The translations under genes and the position numbers were made by a program. Under the pieces are notes generated by a model, which searched no databases, was not told the origin of the DNA, and worked only from the letters and a program-made list of their open reading frames with translations. Positions 54,739 through 63,574 of a DNA stretch of 64,000 bases are shown piece by piece. How positions within the stretch are numbered: position 1 is the stretch's first letter; every line of letters begins with the position of its first letter. Origin of the DNA: an uncultured Actinomycetes bacterium (GTDB lineage Bacteria > Actinomycetota > Thermoleophilia > Gaiellales > Gaiellaceae); contig CAVWUL010000011.1 of the NCBI GenBank assembly GCA_963758125.1, positions 73,347 to 137,346 on the forward strand. Reading direction: 5' to 3'.

Positions 54739-56760
54739 GCACCGGGCTCGGGCGCCTGTTTGCGCCCAAGTCGGTGGCCGTCGTGGGAGCATCCGCGACG
54801 CCCGGCAAGGCCGGCAACGCCCTGATGCACAGCCTCGCGTCGTTTGCCGGGCCGGTGATCGCGGTCAATCCTCGCGGCGAGAGCGTGGCCGGGCGCCCCG
54901 GGGTCGAGCGGCTGTCCGACCTGAGCGATGCCGTCGACCTCGTGCTCGTCGCGGTGCCGGCGGAGGCTGTGCCGGGTGTCCTGCGAGAGGCCGCGGGGAC
55001 CGATGCCGGCGCCGCAATCGTCCATTCGGGCGGCTGGGCCGAGGCCGGCCCGGGCGGTGAGGCGCTCCAGGCCGAGCTCGTGTCGATCGCCGCGGAGACC
55101 GGGCTGAGGGTTCTCGGGCCGAACACGTCCGGGTTCTTCGCGCCGCCCGAGAAGCTGTGCGCGAGCTTCGTCCGGACGGCGGCGGGCCTTCCCGCGGGTG
55201 GCCTCGCGATCGTTGCCCAGAGCGGCGGCGTGAACCACGCGCTCGCGTTCCTCGCGGCCGGGGAGGGGCTCGGGATCCGGCTCGGCGTCGGGCTCGGCAA
55301 CTCGGCCGACGTGGGCTTTGCAGACGTGCTGGATTCGCTCGCCGAAGATGCGTCGGTCGAAGTCGTCGCACTCGCGATCGAGGGCGTGGCCGACGGGCGC
55401 CGCCTCGTGGAGGCGGTCGAGCGCGTCTCCGCCCGCGTGCCGGTCGTCGCGCTCAAGACGGGCCGCACCGACGTGGATGCGTTCTCGCGCTCCCACACCG
55501 GGGCCCTGACCGGAAGCTGGCGCGTCACACGCGCGGCGCTTGCGCAGGCAGGCGCGGTCGTGGTCGACGAGATGACGCAGCTCATCGACGCGGCGCAGGC
55601 GCTTCGACTCGTCCGGCTTCCTGCGCGGGAGGTTGCAGGCGTCGGGGTCGTCACAGGCCAGGCGGGGCCGGGGCTGCTCCTCGCAGACGAGCTCGGAAGC
55701 CTCGGCGTCCCCATGCCCGAACTGACGGGACCTTCACGCGAGCGGCTCGGTGAGCTGTTGCCGCCGATCACCTTCCAGCGGAACCCGGTCGACACCGGCC
55801 GGCCGGGTGAGACGTTTGCCGCGGTGCTCGAGACCGTCGGTGGCGCGCCGGAAATCGATGCGCTCGCGGTGTACCTGCTCGACGAGCCCGACGCCGTCGA
55901 TCCGGTCGCACTCCTCGGAGGCGTCGGCGCGCCCGCCGTGCTCGCGCTCACCGCAACTCCTCCGGCGTTTGCCGCCGCCCGTGACGTGCTCGCGGGCGCA
56001 CGCGTTCCGGTGCTCCCCACTCCCGAACGCTGTGCACGTGCGGTGGCGGCGATTGTGCGGGACGCAGCTCAGAGAGCGCGGCGTCCGGCGGCGCGGCGCG
56101 CCGCGCGACGTGCCGGCCTTCGCGCCCGCGGGAGCCTGGGACGAGGATCTCGCGAAGCGGCTCGTCGCCGAAGCCGGCCTTGCGGTACCTGCCCGGATCG
56201 TCTGCGGCAGCCACGACGAGGCCTTCGCCGCACTCGGGCGGCTTCGACCGCCTCTCGTCGTCAAGATCCTTCACCCGGAGATCGAGCACAAGTCAGACGT
56301 CGGCGGAGTCAGGCTCGGGATCCGCGACGAGTCCGAGCTCGAGGCGGGGCTGGCCGCGATCGATGCGCTCGGGCGCGAGGACCACAGGTATCTGCTCGAG
56401 GAGACGGCGGCACCCGGGCCCGAGCTGATCCTCGGCGCCCGACGCGACCCGGCGTTCGGGCCGCTCGTCGCGCTCGGGGCAGGCGGGACAGCTGCCGAGG
56501 CGCTCGGCGACGCGGTGGTGCGGCTTGCGCCCCTCGAAACGGCGGAAGCGGAGACGATGCTCGGCGAGCTGGCGGCCGCCGCGGCGTTCCGGGGCGCGCG
56601 AGGAGCTCCAGCGGTCGACTTGCCTGAGCTCGCGAAGGCGATCGTGGCGTTCGGCGACCTGATCGCCGGGCGCGACGACATCGCTGAGGTCGAGGTCAAC
56701 CCGCTTCGCGTCACCGACGGCGGGCTCGTCGCGCTCGATGCGCTGGTGGTGGCGCGATGA
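54735..56760 (+). pseudogene. ADP-forming acyl-CoA synthetase (CoA-binding + ligase-CoA + ATP-grasp), one apparent frameshift near 56078-56107
   Basis: TTG at 54735 overlaps the upstream stop. The CoA-binding/succinyl-CoA-ligase-like part (KSVAVVGAS..HTGALTG) is in frame 0. The ATP-grasp part (VVKILHPEIEHKSDVGGV..) is in frame 1 (ORF 55750..56760). Confidence 0.75.
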
Positions 56761-57965
56761 CGGGCCGGACGATCGTCGTGGGTGCCGGGCCGGTCGGCCT
56801 GACGGCCGCGCTTGCGTTGCGCGCCGAAGGGATCCCCGTCACGGTGCTCGAGGCGGGTACCGCCGACCGTGTCCGTCCCGGGAGCCGCGCGATCTTCATC
56901 CACGGCGCCTCGATCCGGCTACTCGACGCGCTCCGCCCTGGGCTCGGCCGGGAGCTCGCGGATCACGGACTGATCTGGCTGACGAAGCGCACGTTCTACC
57001 GCGGCCGCGAGGTGTATTCGAAGACTTATCGGCCGCCGCCCGCCGACGTGCTTCCGGCTGCGACGAGCCTGCCGCAGGTCGTCACCGAGCAGTTGCTCCT
57101 GGCGGCGGCCCACGCCTCGGGCGTGGAGTTCGTGTGGGAGAGCCCGGTCGCCGGGGTCGAGGCTCGCGACGACGGCGTGACGGTCGTCACCGAAAGCGGG
57201 TCGCGATTCGACGCCGACTTCGCGATCGGGGCAGACGGAGCACGTTCGAACGTCCGCTCCTCGCTCGAGATCCCGCTCGAGGGCCCGAGGACGCAGAACG
57301 CGTTCGTGATCGTCGATGCCGCCGAGGATCCCGGCGCGCCCTTGCCGCCCGAGCGGATCTTCCACTACGAGCATCCGGCCGTCGACGGCCGTAACGTGCT
57401 CTTCGTCCCGTTTGCGGGGCACTGGCGGATCGACCTCCAGTGCCGCCCCGATGACGACTCCGATGCGTTCGGCGGGGAGGGCGTCAAGGACTGGCTGCCG
57501 CTCGTGATCGACGCGAAGTACGCCGAGCGCGTCACGTGGGTTTCGACCTACGTGTTCATGCAGGTTCTGGCCCGGGAGTTCGTCGACCCGAGCCGCCGCG
57601 TGCTCCTCGTCGGCGAGGCGGCGCATCTGTTCGCACCGTTCGGCGCGCGTGGGCTGAACTCGGGCATTCCCGATGCGGTCGTCGCGGCAGGCGCGATCCG
57701 AGCCGCTCTCGATGCGCCGACCGCAGGGGAGGCGCACGCTGCGGTCGACCACTTCGCCGAGTCCCGGCGCACCGCTGCCGAACGGAATCGGTCGGCCTCG
57801 AACGAGGCCCTCGCCCATCTCGCCCCGACCGAGGAGGCCGTCCTCGAGAGGCGCAGAACTGCTGCGGCCGCCGCACCGGCAGACGAGGACGCGGGCCGGT
57901 GGCTCGACTCGGCCCCGTATGGCCCGAGGCTCGGCCCGCCGGATTCGGACGGCATGCAGTACTGA
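56757..57965 (+). CDS. FAD-dependent aromatic-ring monooxygenase (PheA/UbiH family)
   Basis: ATGA overlap with the upstream gene. GAGPVGL dinucleotide fold, GADGARSNVR and GEAAHLFAPFGARGLN motifs. 402 aa. Confidence 0.85.
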   Translation: MTGRTIVVGAGPVGLTAALALRAEGIPVTVLEAGTADRVRPGSRAIFIHGASIRLLDALRPGLGRELADHGLIWLTKRTFYRGREVYSKTYRPPPADVLPAATSLPQVVTEQLLLAAAHASGVEFVWESPVAGVEARDDGVTVVTESGSRFDADFAIGADGARSNVRSSLEIPLEGPRTQNAFVIVDAAEDPGAPLPPERIFHYEHPAVDGRNVLFVPFAGHWRIDLQCRPDDDSDAFGGEGVKDWLPLVIDAKYAERVTWVSTYVFMQVLAREFVDPSRRVLLVGEAAHLFAPFGARGLNSGIPDAVVAAGAIRAALDAPTAGEAHAAVDHFAESRRTAAERNRSASNEALAHLAPTEEAVLERRRTAAAAAPADEDAGRWLDSAPYGPRLGPPDSDGMQY

Positions 57966-58014
57966 GCAAGGCATCGACCCCGAGTCCCGTCCTCGGGCAG
58001 GCCATTCTCTCCGA

Positions 58015-58108
58015 GAACCGGTACGAAGTTGGTACAGACACGGCGCTTGGCAGCCCGTAGAATTGATCTCGAGGGTGGCGGGACGGCTTCCCCACCCTGG
58101 GTGGGGTG
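58015..58108. repeat. ~95-nt repeat element, copy L
   Basis: About 80% identical to the reverse complement of 62056..62153. Includes GGTACAGACAC, GTAGAATTGATCTCGAGGGTGGCGGG and the palindrome CCCCACCCTGGGTGGGG. Confidence 0.8.
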
Positions 58109-58204
58109 CGGGCTGCGAGGCCGAACCGGACAGGGCCGGAGAGACAGGCTGTCGGAGACGGTGGTCGCTGAACGGCGCGAAGGGCGGCCTCGGCGGGTGT
58201 CGGA

Positions 58205-59695
58205 TCAGGTGAGGCTGAGCTCGCGGGCCAGGGCCTCGCGATCGATCTCCCGTTTCAGCACCTTGCCGGTCGGCCCCATGGGAAGTGCATCGACGACGAC
58301 GACGTGCCGCGGGTATTTGTACGCGGCCAGCCGTTCGCGCGCCCATTCGCGAACCGCGTCCGGGTCGCAGCCGGCCCCCGGCCTCGGACGGACGAGCGCG
58401 ACGACTTCCTCGCCGAGCTTCGGATCGGGCACCCCGATCACCGCCGCTTCGTGGACGTCCGGGTGGCCGTAGAGCACCTCCTCGACCTCGCGCGGATAGA
58501 CGTTGTAGCCGTTGCGGATGATCATCTCCTTGAGCCGGTCGACGAGGAACAGGTAGCCGTCACCGTCCACGTAGCCAAGATCCCCGGTCGGAAGCCAGCC
58601 GTCGGCCGACACCGTCGCGGGAGCGTTTCCAGCTCCGCGCCAGTAGCCGGGAATCACGCTCGCGCCCCGAAACTGAACCTCGCCGACCTCGCCCCCGGCG
58701 ACCGGGAGACCCTCCGGCGAGACGATCCGCAACTCGGTGTCCCCGAGCGGCAGGCCCACGGATCCAGGCTTGCGCAGCTGGCCCTCCCGGTAGGTGGTCG
58801 CGATCCCCGAGATCTCGGTCAGGCCGTAGCCCTCGTAGACAGCAGCTCCGAACACCTCCTCGAAGTCCCGCGTCACCTCGATCGGTACCGGAGCCCCGCC
58901 GACGTGCGCGAGGCGCAGCGGCGGCAGCGTCTGACCCCCGCGGGCCGCCTCACAGAGGGCGATACACATCGTCGGCACACCGAGCAGGACGGTCGTGCCG
59001 GTCTCGGCCATCTGCGCGAGCGTCGCAGCGGGCTCGAACCGAGGGACGATCGCGACGGCGCCGCCGGACATCAGCGTCGCGACCAGCCCTGTCGACTGTC
59101 CGAGGACGTGGGAGAACGGCGCCGCACCGAGCACGACGTCGCCCGGACCGAAGCCGAGCGCATCTGCTGCGTTCCGGGCCGCCGCTGCGATGCTGCCGTG
59201 CGTGAGCACAGCGCCCTTGGAGGCTCCGGACGTCCCGGAGGTGAAGAGGATCACGGCTGCATCGCTCCCCGCACGCTGCACCACCGGCACGCCGTCCTCC
59301 ACATTTGCGTCGTCCAGCGAGATGGTGGGTACCCCACGCGCGGCGGCCAGCGGCGCGAGCTCGCCGACTCGCTCGTGATCGAGGACGAGCGCCGAGGCCG
59401 ACACAGCCGCGAGCCGCTCGTCGATCTCGCGCCCGCGCAGCAGTCCGTTGATCGGAACCGCGACCGCCCCGACCCAGAGCGCCCCGAAGTACGCCGCAGC
59501 GAACGAAGGCGCGTTCGGGAGGACGATCGCAACGCGGTCGCCTGGGCGCACGCCTGCCGCTTCGAGCCGTGAAGCAGCCGCGCCTGCCTTCGAGCGCAGC
59601 TCGGCATACGAGCTCGGTGCACCGGCGTGGATCAGCGCCGTTTCGGCCGGATCATGGCTAGGCTCGCTGACGATGCATGCGAGATTCTCATTCAC
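58205..59695 (-). CDS. AMP-dependent acyl-CoA synthetase/ligase (FadD-like)
   Basis: FTSGTSGASKGAV AMP motif and a GWLPTGD region. The track start is TTG at 59749. GTG at 59695 is preferred because it leaves the palindrome at 59710 intergenic. Confidence 0.85.
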   Translation of the reverse strand: MNENLACIVSEPSHDPAETALIHAGAPSSYAELRSKAGAAASRLEAAGVRPGDRVAIVLPNAPSFAAAYFGALWVGAVAVPINGLLRGREIDERLAAVSASALVLDHERVGELAPLAAARGVPTISLDDANVEDGVPVVQRAGSDAAVILFTSGTSGASKGAVLTHGSIAAAARNAADALGFGPGDVVLGAAPFSHVLGQSTGLVATLMSGGAVAIVPRFEPAATLAQMAETGTTVLLGVPTMCIALCEAARGGQTLPPLRLAHVGGAPVPIEVTRDFEEVFGAAVYEGYGLTEISGIATTYREGQLRKPGSVGLPLGDTELRIVSPEGLPVAGGEVGEVQFRGASVIPGYWRGAGNAPATVSADGWLPTGDLGYVDGDGYLFLVDRLKEMIIRNGYNVYPREVEEVLYGHPDVHEAAVIGVPDPKLGEEVVALVRPRPGAGCDPDAVREWARERLAAYKYPRHVVVVDALPMGPTGKVLKREIDREALARELSLT

Positions 59696-59709
59696 GGCCT
59701 TGCGAACAA

Positions 59710-59726
59710 TGTCAGGTTGTCTGACA
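59710..59726. promoter_or_regulatory. candidate operator (TGTCAGGTTGTCTGACA) in the acyl-CoA synthetase / marR divergent region
   Basis: Perfect 6-bp arms TGTCAG/CTGACA. Arms extend imperfectly to about 25 bp. 56 nt upstream of the marR ATG. Confidence 0.55.
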
Positions 59727-59781
59727 CTATGCGGAGATTGCCCGGTCAAGCGATCACTCCACTCCGTCTGAGACGACTCCG

Positions 59782-60249
59782 ATGAGCGAGCCCGTGATCA
59801 TGGACCAGCGCGAGGAAGTCGAGCCGCGGATCAGCTACGTGATCGCCCGGCTGGAGCGCGCCGTTCGGGCCGCGATCAACGAGAGGGTCCGGCCGTATGG
59901 GCTGACGACGCTCCAGTACACGACGCTGAGTGTCCTCGGCCGGCGCGGCGGCCTCTCGAACGCCCAGCTCGCACGCCGCTCATACATGACCCCCCAGTCG
60001 ATGAGCGAGGTGATCGAAGCGCTCGAGGGGAAGGGCCTGATCAAGCGCGACCAGCATCCGAACCACCGCCGCGTCTATCCCGCCCAGCTCACCGCCACCG
60101 GAATCAAGGTGCTCGAGGCCTGCGACGAGGCGGTTGGGAGCATGGAAGAGGACATGCTCCGCGAGTTGGACGCCGGCGAACGCGAGGCGCTCTACGGCGG
60201 CCTCGTCGCAGCCGTGCGGGCGCTTCACGCCGGACTTCCGGAAGGTTGA
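59782..60249 (+). CDS. MarR-family transcriptional regulator
   Basis: 155 aa. Winged-helix region LTTLQYTTLSVLGRRGGLSNAQLARRSYMTPQSMSEVIEALEGKGLIKR. Confidence 0.9.
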   Translation: MSEPVIMDQREEVEPRISYVIARLERAVRAAINERVRPYGLTTLQYTTLSVLGRRGGLSNAQLARRSYMTPQSMSEVIEALEGKGLIKRDQHPNHRRVYPAQLTATGIKVLEACDEAVGSMEEDMLRELDAGEREALYGGLVAAVRALHAGLPEG

Positions 60250-60250
60250 A

Positions 60251-60267
60251 TATCAGGTAGCCTGACG
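60251..60267. promoter_or_regulatory. candidate operator (TATCAGGTAGCCTGACG)
   Basis: Starts 2 nt after the marR stop and lies 49 nt upstream of the SDR ATG. TCAGG-TAG-CCTGA core. Confidence 0.5.
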
Positions 60268-60315
60268 CCCGTTCAGGTACGGCAGGTGTGAGGCAAGCTC
60301 TTCGAGGAGGTTCGC

Positions 60316-61140
60316 ATGGGGGTGCTCGACGGCAAAGTCGCGCTGGTCACCGGCGCAGCGCGCGGGATCGGACGCGCAGCGGCCTCGCTGCTCGTCGAGC
60401 ACGGCGCACACGTGATGATCGCCGATCTCGACGAGGACGTCGCGCGCGCGACAGCCACGGAGCTCGGCGAGACGACCGCGGTCTTCGCCGGCAACCTCAC
60501 CGAGGACGGGGTCTGCGAGTCGCTCGTTGCCGCAACGGTCGAATCGTTCGGACAACTCGACATCGTCGTCAACAACGCCGGGTACAGCTGGGACGGGATC
60601 GCACACAAGATGGGTGACGACCAATTCCGGGCGATGCTCGAGATCCACACGGTGGTGCCCTTTCGCATCCTCAAGGCAGCAGCGCCGCATCTGCGCGAGC
60701 CTGCGAAGCAGGAGGCCGCCGAGGGACGCGAGGTGTTCCGAAAGGTCGTGAACGTGACGTCGATCTCCGGGACGCAGGGGAACGTCGGCCAGGCCAACTA
60801 CTCGGCCGCGAAGGCCGGGCTCGTCGGGTTGACGAAGACCCTGGCCCGTGAATGGGGCCCGTCGAAGATCAACGTGAACGCCGTTGCCTTCGGCTTCGTC
60901 GAGACCCGCCTCACCGGAAGCCCCGGCGAGGAGACGTTCAAGGCAGGTGAGGTCGAGGTGCCGCTCGGCATCCCCGACCGCATGCGCGAGCTCGCGGCCC
61001 AGATCATCCCGCTCGGACGACCCGCGACCGCCGAAGAGGCTGCAGGCCCGATCTTCTTCCTCTGCTCGCCCTGGTCGAACTTCGTGCAGGGCCAGGTGAT
61101 CACCGCCAGCGGCGGGCAGACGACCGGGATGACCTCATGA
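60316..61140 (+). CDS. short-chain dehydrogenase/reductase (3-oxoacyl/3-hydroxyacyl reductase-like)
   Basis: TGAARGIG cofactor motif, NNAG and YSAAK catalytic motif. 274 aa. GAGGAGG SD. Confidence 0.9.
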   Translation: MGVLDGKVALVTGAARGIGRAAASLLVEHGAHVMIADLDEDVARATATELGETTAVFAGNLTEDGVCESLVAATVESFGQLDIVVNNAGYSWDGIAHKMGDDQFRAMLEIHTVVPFRILKAAAPHLREPAKQEAAEGREVFRKVVNVTSISGTQGNVGQANYSAAKAGLVGLTKTLAREWGPSKINVNAVAFGFVETRLTGSPGEETFKAGEVEVPLGIPDRMRELAAQIIPLGRPATAEEAAGPIFFLCSPWSNFVQGQVITASGGQTTGMTS

Positions 61141-61982
61141 GCACCCAGGTCGAGCAGCTGAGCCTCGAGCGCCTCGGCGTCGCGGGGCCCGAGGTTCGCT
61201 ACGTCGTGTCGGCCGAGGCGATCCAGGCCTACGCGGCCGCCACCGGGAACGAATCCGACGGCCGCACCGCGACCCCGGTGTTCGCGATCGTGCCGGTCTG
61301 GGAGGCAATCGCTCCCGCGTCCCGCTCGGTCGCGACGGAGGATGCGCGGAAGCGGGTCGTCCATTTCGGGCAGGACATGGTGCTTCACCGGCCGATCGAA
61401 GCCGGGATGACGCTCGTCTCAACGGCAACCCCCACCGCGCTCCTCCAGCGGGGCAGCGGTACCGCGCTCGTGATCCACACCCAGACGAGCACCGAGGCCG
61501 GCGAGCTCGTGAACGAGCAGTGGGTCACCGAGTTCTTCCGCGGCGTCGACACCCCCGAGAGCCGGGGCGAGCCTGGAGCCGACCACCGGCTCGCCGCCGA
61601 GGTGGCCGAGTCGGAGCCACTCGACGAGATCGTCCAGCCGGTTGCGCCTGATCAGCCGGATCGGTACGCGGAGGCCTCCGGCGACAGGTTCGTGATCCAT
61701 CTGGACGACGAGGCCGCCCGCGCCGTGGGGCTTCCCGGCCGGATCCTGCACGGCTTCTGCACCCTCGCCTTCACGGCCCGCGCTGTGTGCGACGCAGCAG
61801 GCGGGGTCGACGAGTCGCAGCTGGCGAGGCTCGCGGCTCGCTTCTCGGCCCCGGTCTTCCCCGGCGACACCCTGACGACCCGCGTCTGGGAGCTCGGCGG
61901 CGGCCTCTTCGGCTTCGAGGCCTCGTGCGGACCCGATCGGATCGTGATCAAGGACGGGCTCGCGCGTCTCCGCTCCCGCTGA
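61137..61982 (+). CDS. MaoC-family double-hotdog (R)-specific enoyl-CoA hydratase/dehydratase
   Basis: ATGA overlap with the SDR gene. 281 aa. C-terminal half with ILHGFCTLAF is typical of the MaoC dehydratase domain. Confidence 0.85.
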   Translation: MSTQVEQLSLERLGVAGPEVRYVVSAEAIQAYAAATGNESDGRTATPVFAIVPVWEAIAPASRSVATEDARKRVVHFGQDMVLHRPIEAGMTLVSTATPTALLQRGSGTALVIHTQTSTEAGELVNEQWVTEFFRGVDTPESRGEPGADHRLAAEVAESEPLDEIVQPVAPDQPDRYAEASGDRFVIHLDDEAARAVGLPGRILHGFCTLAFTARAVCDAAGGVDESQLARLAARFSAPVFPGDTLTTRVWELGGGLFGFEASCGPDRIVIKDGLARLRSR

Positions 61983-62055
61983 CCGCGGCACGAACACGCC
62001 GACAAGCACAGGCGTCTGGCGCGCAACCCGTCCGATCCAGCCACGCCACACGGCC

Positions 62056-62153
62056 GCGCCCCCACCCAGGGTGGGGAGCCATCCCCGCCACCCTCGAGAT
62101 CAAATTCTACGAGCTCGAATACCCTGTGTCTGTACCAGCTTCGTAACGGTTTC
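62056..62153. repeat. ~95-nt repeat element, copy R (inverted relative to copy L)
   Basis: Contains CCCCCACCCAGGGTGGGG, CCACCCTCGAGATCAAATTCTAC and GTGTCTGTACC. Overlaps the PrpD-like stop codon. Confidence 0.8.
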
Positions 62154-63543
62154 AGCCGTCCTGGAGCCTCTCGGCCAGAGGAGCGAGAACGGAGGCGACG
62201 TCGGATTCAGCGTCGAGGGAGAGGATCCGAACGGCGAGCTCGCGGCGGGCCGCACCGTCGAGGGGCAACGCAGCGTGTCCCATGCAGTCGAGGTGCTTGG
62301 CGAGAAGTTGCCTGTCCGAAATCGGGTTGCCGGGAGCTCCGAGTGCTACCGGAACCTCGCAGACGAGCACGCGTCCGTCGGTGGTCGTGACCTCGACGCT
62401 GCCGCCGGCGACCCCGAGTGCGAGATCGACCTGGAAGCGAATCCGCTCTGCGAGCCGGTGTACTCCGTCGGCCCCGAGCCGCTCCGGCACGAACGAGCCG
62501 AGGTTGAGCTCGCCGGCTTCGATCGCGAGCGCCACCGTGACGTACACGCTGAACTTCGCCTCGACCACCGTGCCCGGCCGGAGCTTGAGCTCGCGCGGCT
62601 CGGCGACGAGAGCGCGCGCCTGCGGTGACCCGATTAGCAGCACCCCCGCGATCTGATCCGGCCGGAAGCCGTGCTCGGCCCTGAGCGCCAGGGCGCCCTC
62701 GACGAACGGATGCGTCGCGCGGCAACTCGGCCACGGCTTGAAGCCGACCCGCTCGCCGGCATATGCAGACCCGAGATCGTCCAGCGCTCCCACGAGGTCG
62801 GCGTCGCCGCCCGCATACGCGTGGAGCAGCCCGCCGGCTCCCTCGAACGGCGCGTCGTATCCGCGGAGGCCGTCCCGTGCGAGGAGCGCCGAGACGAGGG
62901 CCGCGTGGGCGGGAAACGCGTCGCGAACGCCGCGCATCGGCGTGCCGCTGCTGCCGAAGATCGGCCCGTGGCTGCCGAGCTGCCCGAGCACGAGCGAGAA
63001 CGCATCGAGCGTCCGCCGCTCGTCGAGACGAAGCAGGTTCGCCGCCGCCGCAGTCGCACCGAACCCGGCAACGAGCGACGGGGGATACCACCCACGTTCG
63101 ACGAGTGCAGGCCCGAGCGCTCGCGAGAGCCGGCAGGTGAGATCGCAGCCCACCGCCATCGCAGCGAGAAAGTCTCGGCCGCTCACCCCGCCCTCCGACT
63201 CGGCGAGCGCGACCAGCACCGGAACGATCTGCGCGTTCGGATGGCAGAGCGAGTCGTCGTCTGCGTCTTCGAAGTCGAGCGCGTGGGCAAGAGCGCCGTT
63301 CACGAACGCAGCCCAGGCCGGCGACGTTCGCTCCCCGAACCCGAAAATGGTGGAGACCGGCGCCGACCCCTCGCTTCGCGCGAGCGACGCGAACGAGCGG
63401 CACTCGGGAGCGAGACCGCTCGCCGCCACCGACACGCCGATCGCATCGAGGAGCGACCGCCCGGCGGCGGCGAGGGCGGCTGCGGGGATCGCGTCAGCCC
63501 GAGTCTCCGCGACGTGGCGCGCGATCCGGGCCGAGACTTCCAC
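62152..63543 (-). CDS. MmgE/PrpD-family protein (2-methylcitrate dehydratase-like)
   Basis: 463 aa. GTG start. N-terminal ARHVAETRADAIPAAALAAAGRSLLDAIGV and overall length are typical of the MmgE/PrpD family. Confidence 0.85.
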   Translation of the reverse strand: MEVSARIARHVAETRADAIPAAALAAAGRSLLDAIGVSVAASGLAPECRSFASLARSEGSAPVSTIFGFGERTSPAWAAFVNGALAHALDFEDADDDSLCHPNAQIVPVLVALAESEGGVSGRDFLAAMAVGCDLTCRLSRALGPALVERGWYPPSLVAGFGATAAAANLLRLDERRTLDAFSLVLGQLGSHGPIFGSSGTPMRGVRDAFPAHAALVSALLARDGLRGYDAPFEGAGGLLHAYAGGDADLVGALDDLGSAYAGERVGFKPWPSCRATHPFVEGALALRAEHGFRPDQIAGVLLIGSPQARALVAEPRELKLRPGTVVEAKFSVYVTVALAIEAGELNLGSFVPERLGADGVHRLAERIRFQVDLALGVAGGSVEVTTTDGRVLVCEVPVALGAPGNPISDRQLLAKHLDCMGHAALPLDGAARRELAVRILSLDAESDVASVLAPLAERLQDG

Positions 63544-63554
63544 CGGCCGGCGAT

Positions 63555-63571
63555 TATAAGCTCACCTGATA
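63555..63571. promoter_or_regulatory. candidate operator (TATAAGCTCACCTGATA) in the PrpD-like / CapA-like divergent spacer
   Basis: The whole spacer is 31 nt. The right half site CCTGATACTC is identical to sites at 37573 and 39374. On the minus strand TATAAT lies 9 nt before the PrpD-like GTG. Confidence 0.45.
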
Positions 63572-63574
63572 CTC

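Noticed and set aside
55750-56760. ATP-grasp part of the CoA ligase as an independent beta-subunit gene starting at an internal GTG (~56107)
   Set aside because: The upstream CoA-binding frame has no stop before 56627 and would acquire a 180-aa nonsense tail. A single frameshift in a fused-type enzyme explains the data better. Two-subunit organisation cannot be fully excluded.
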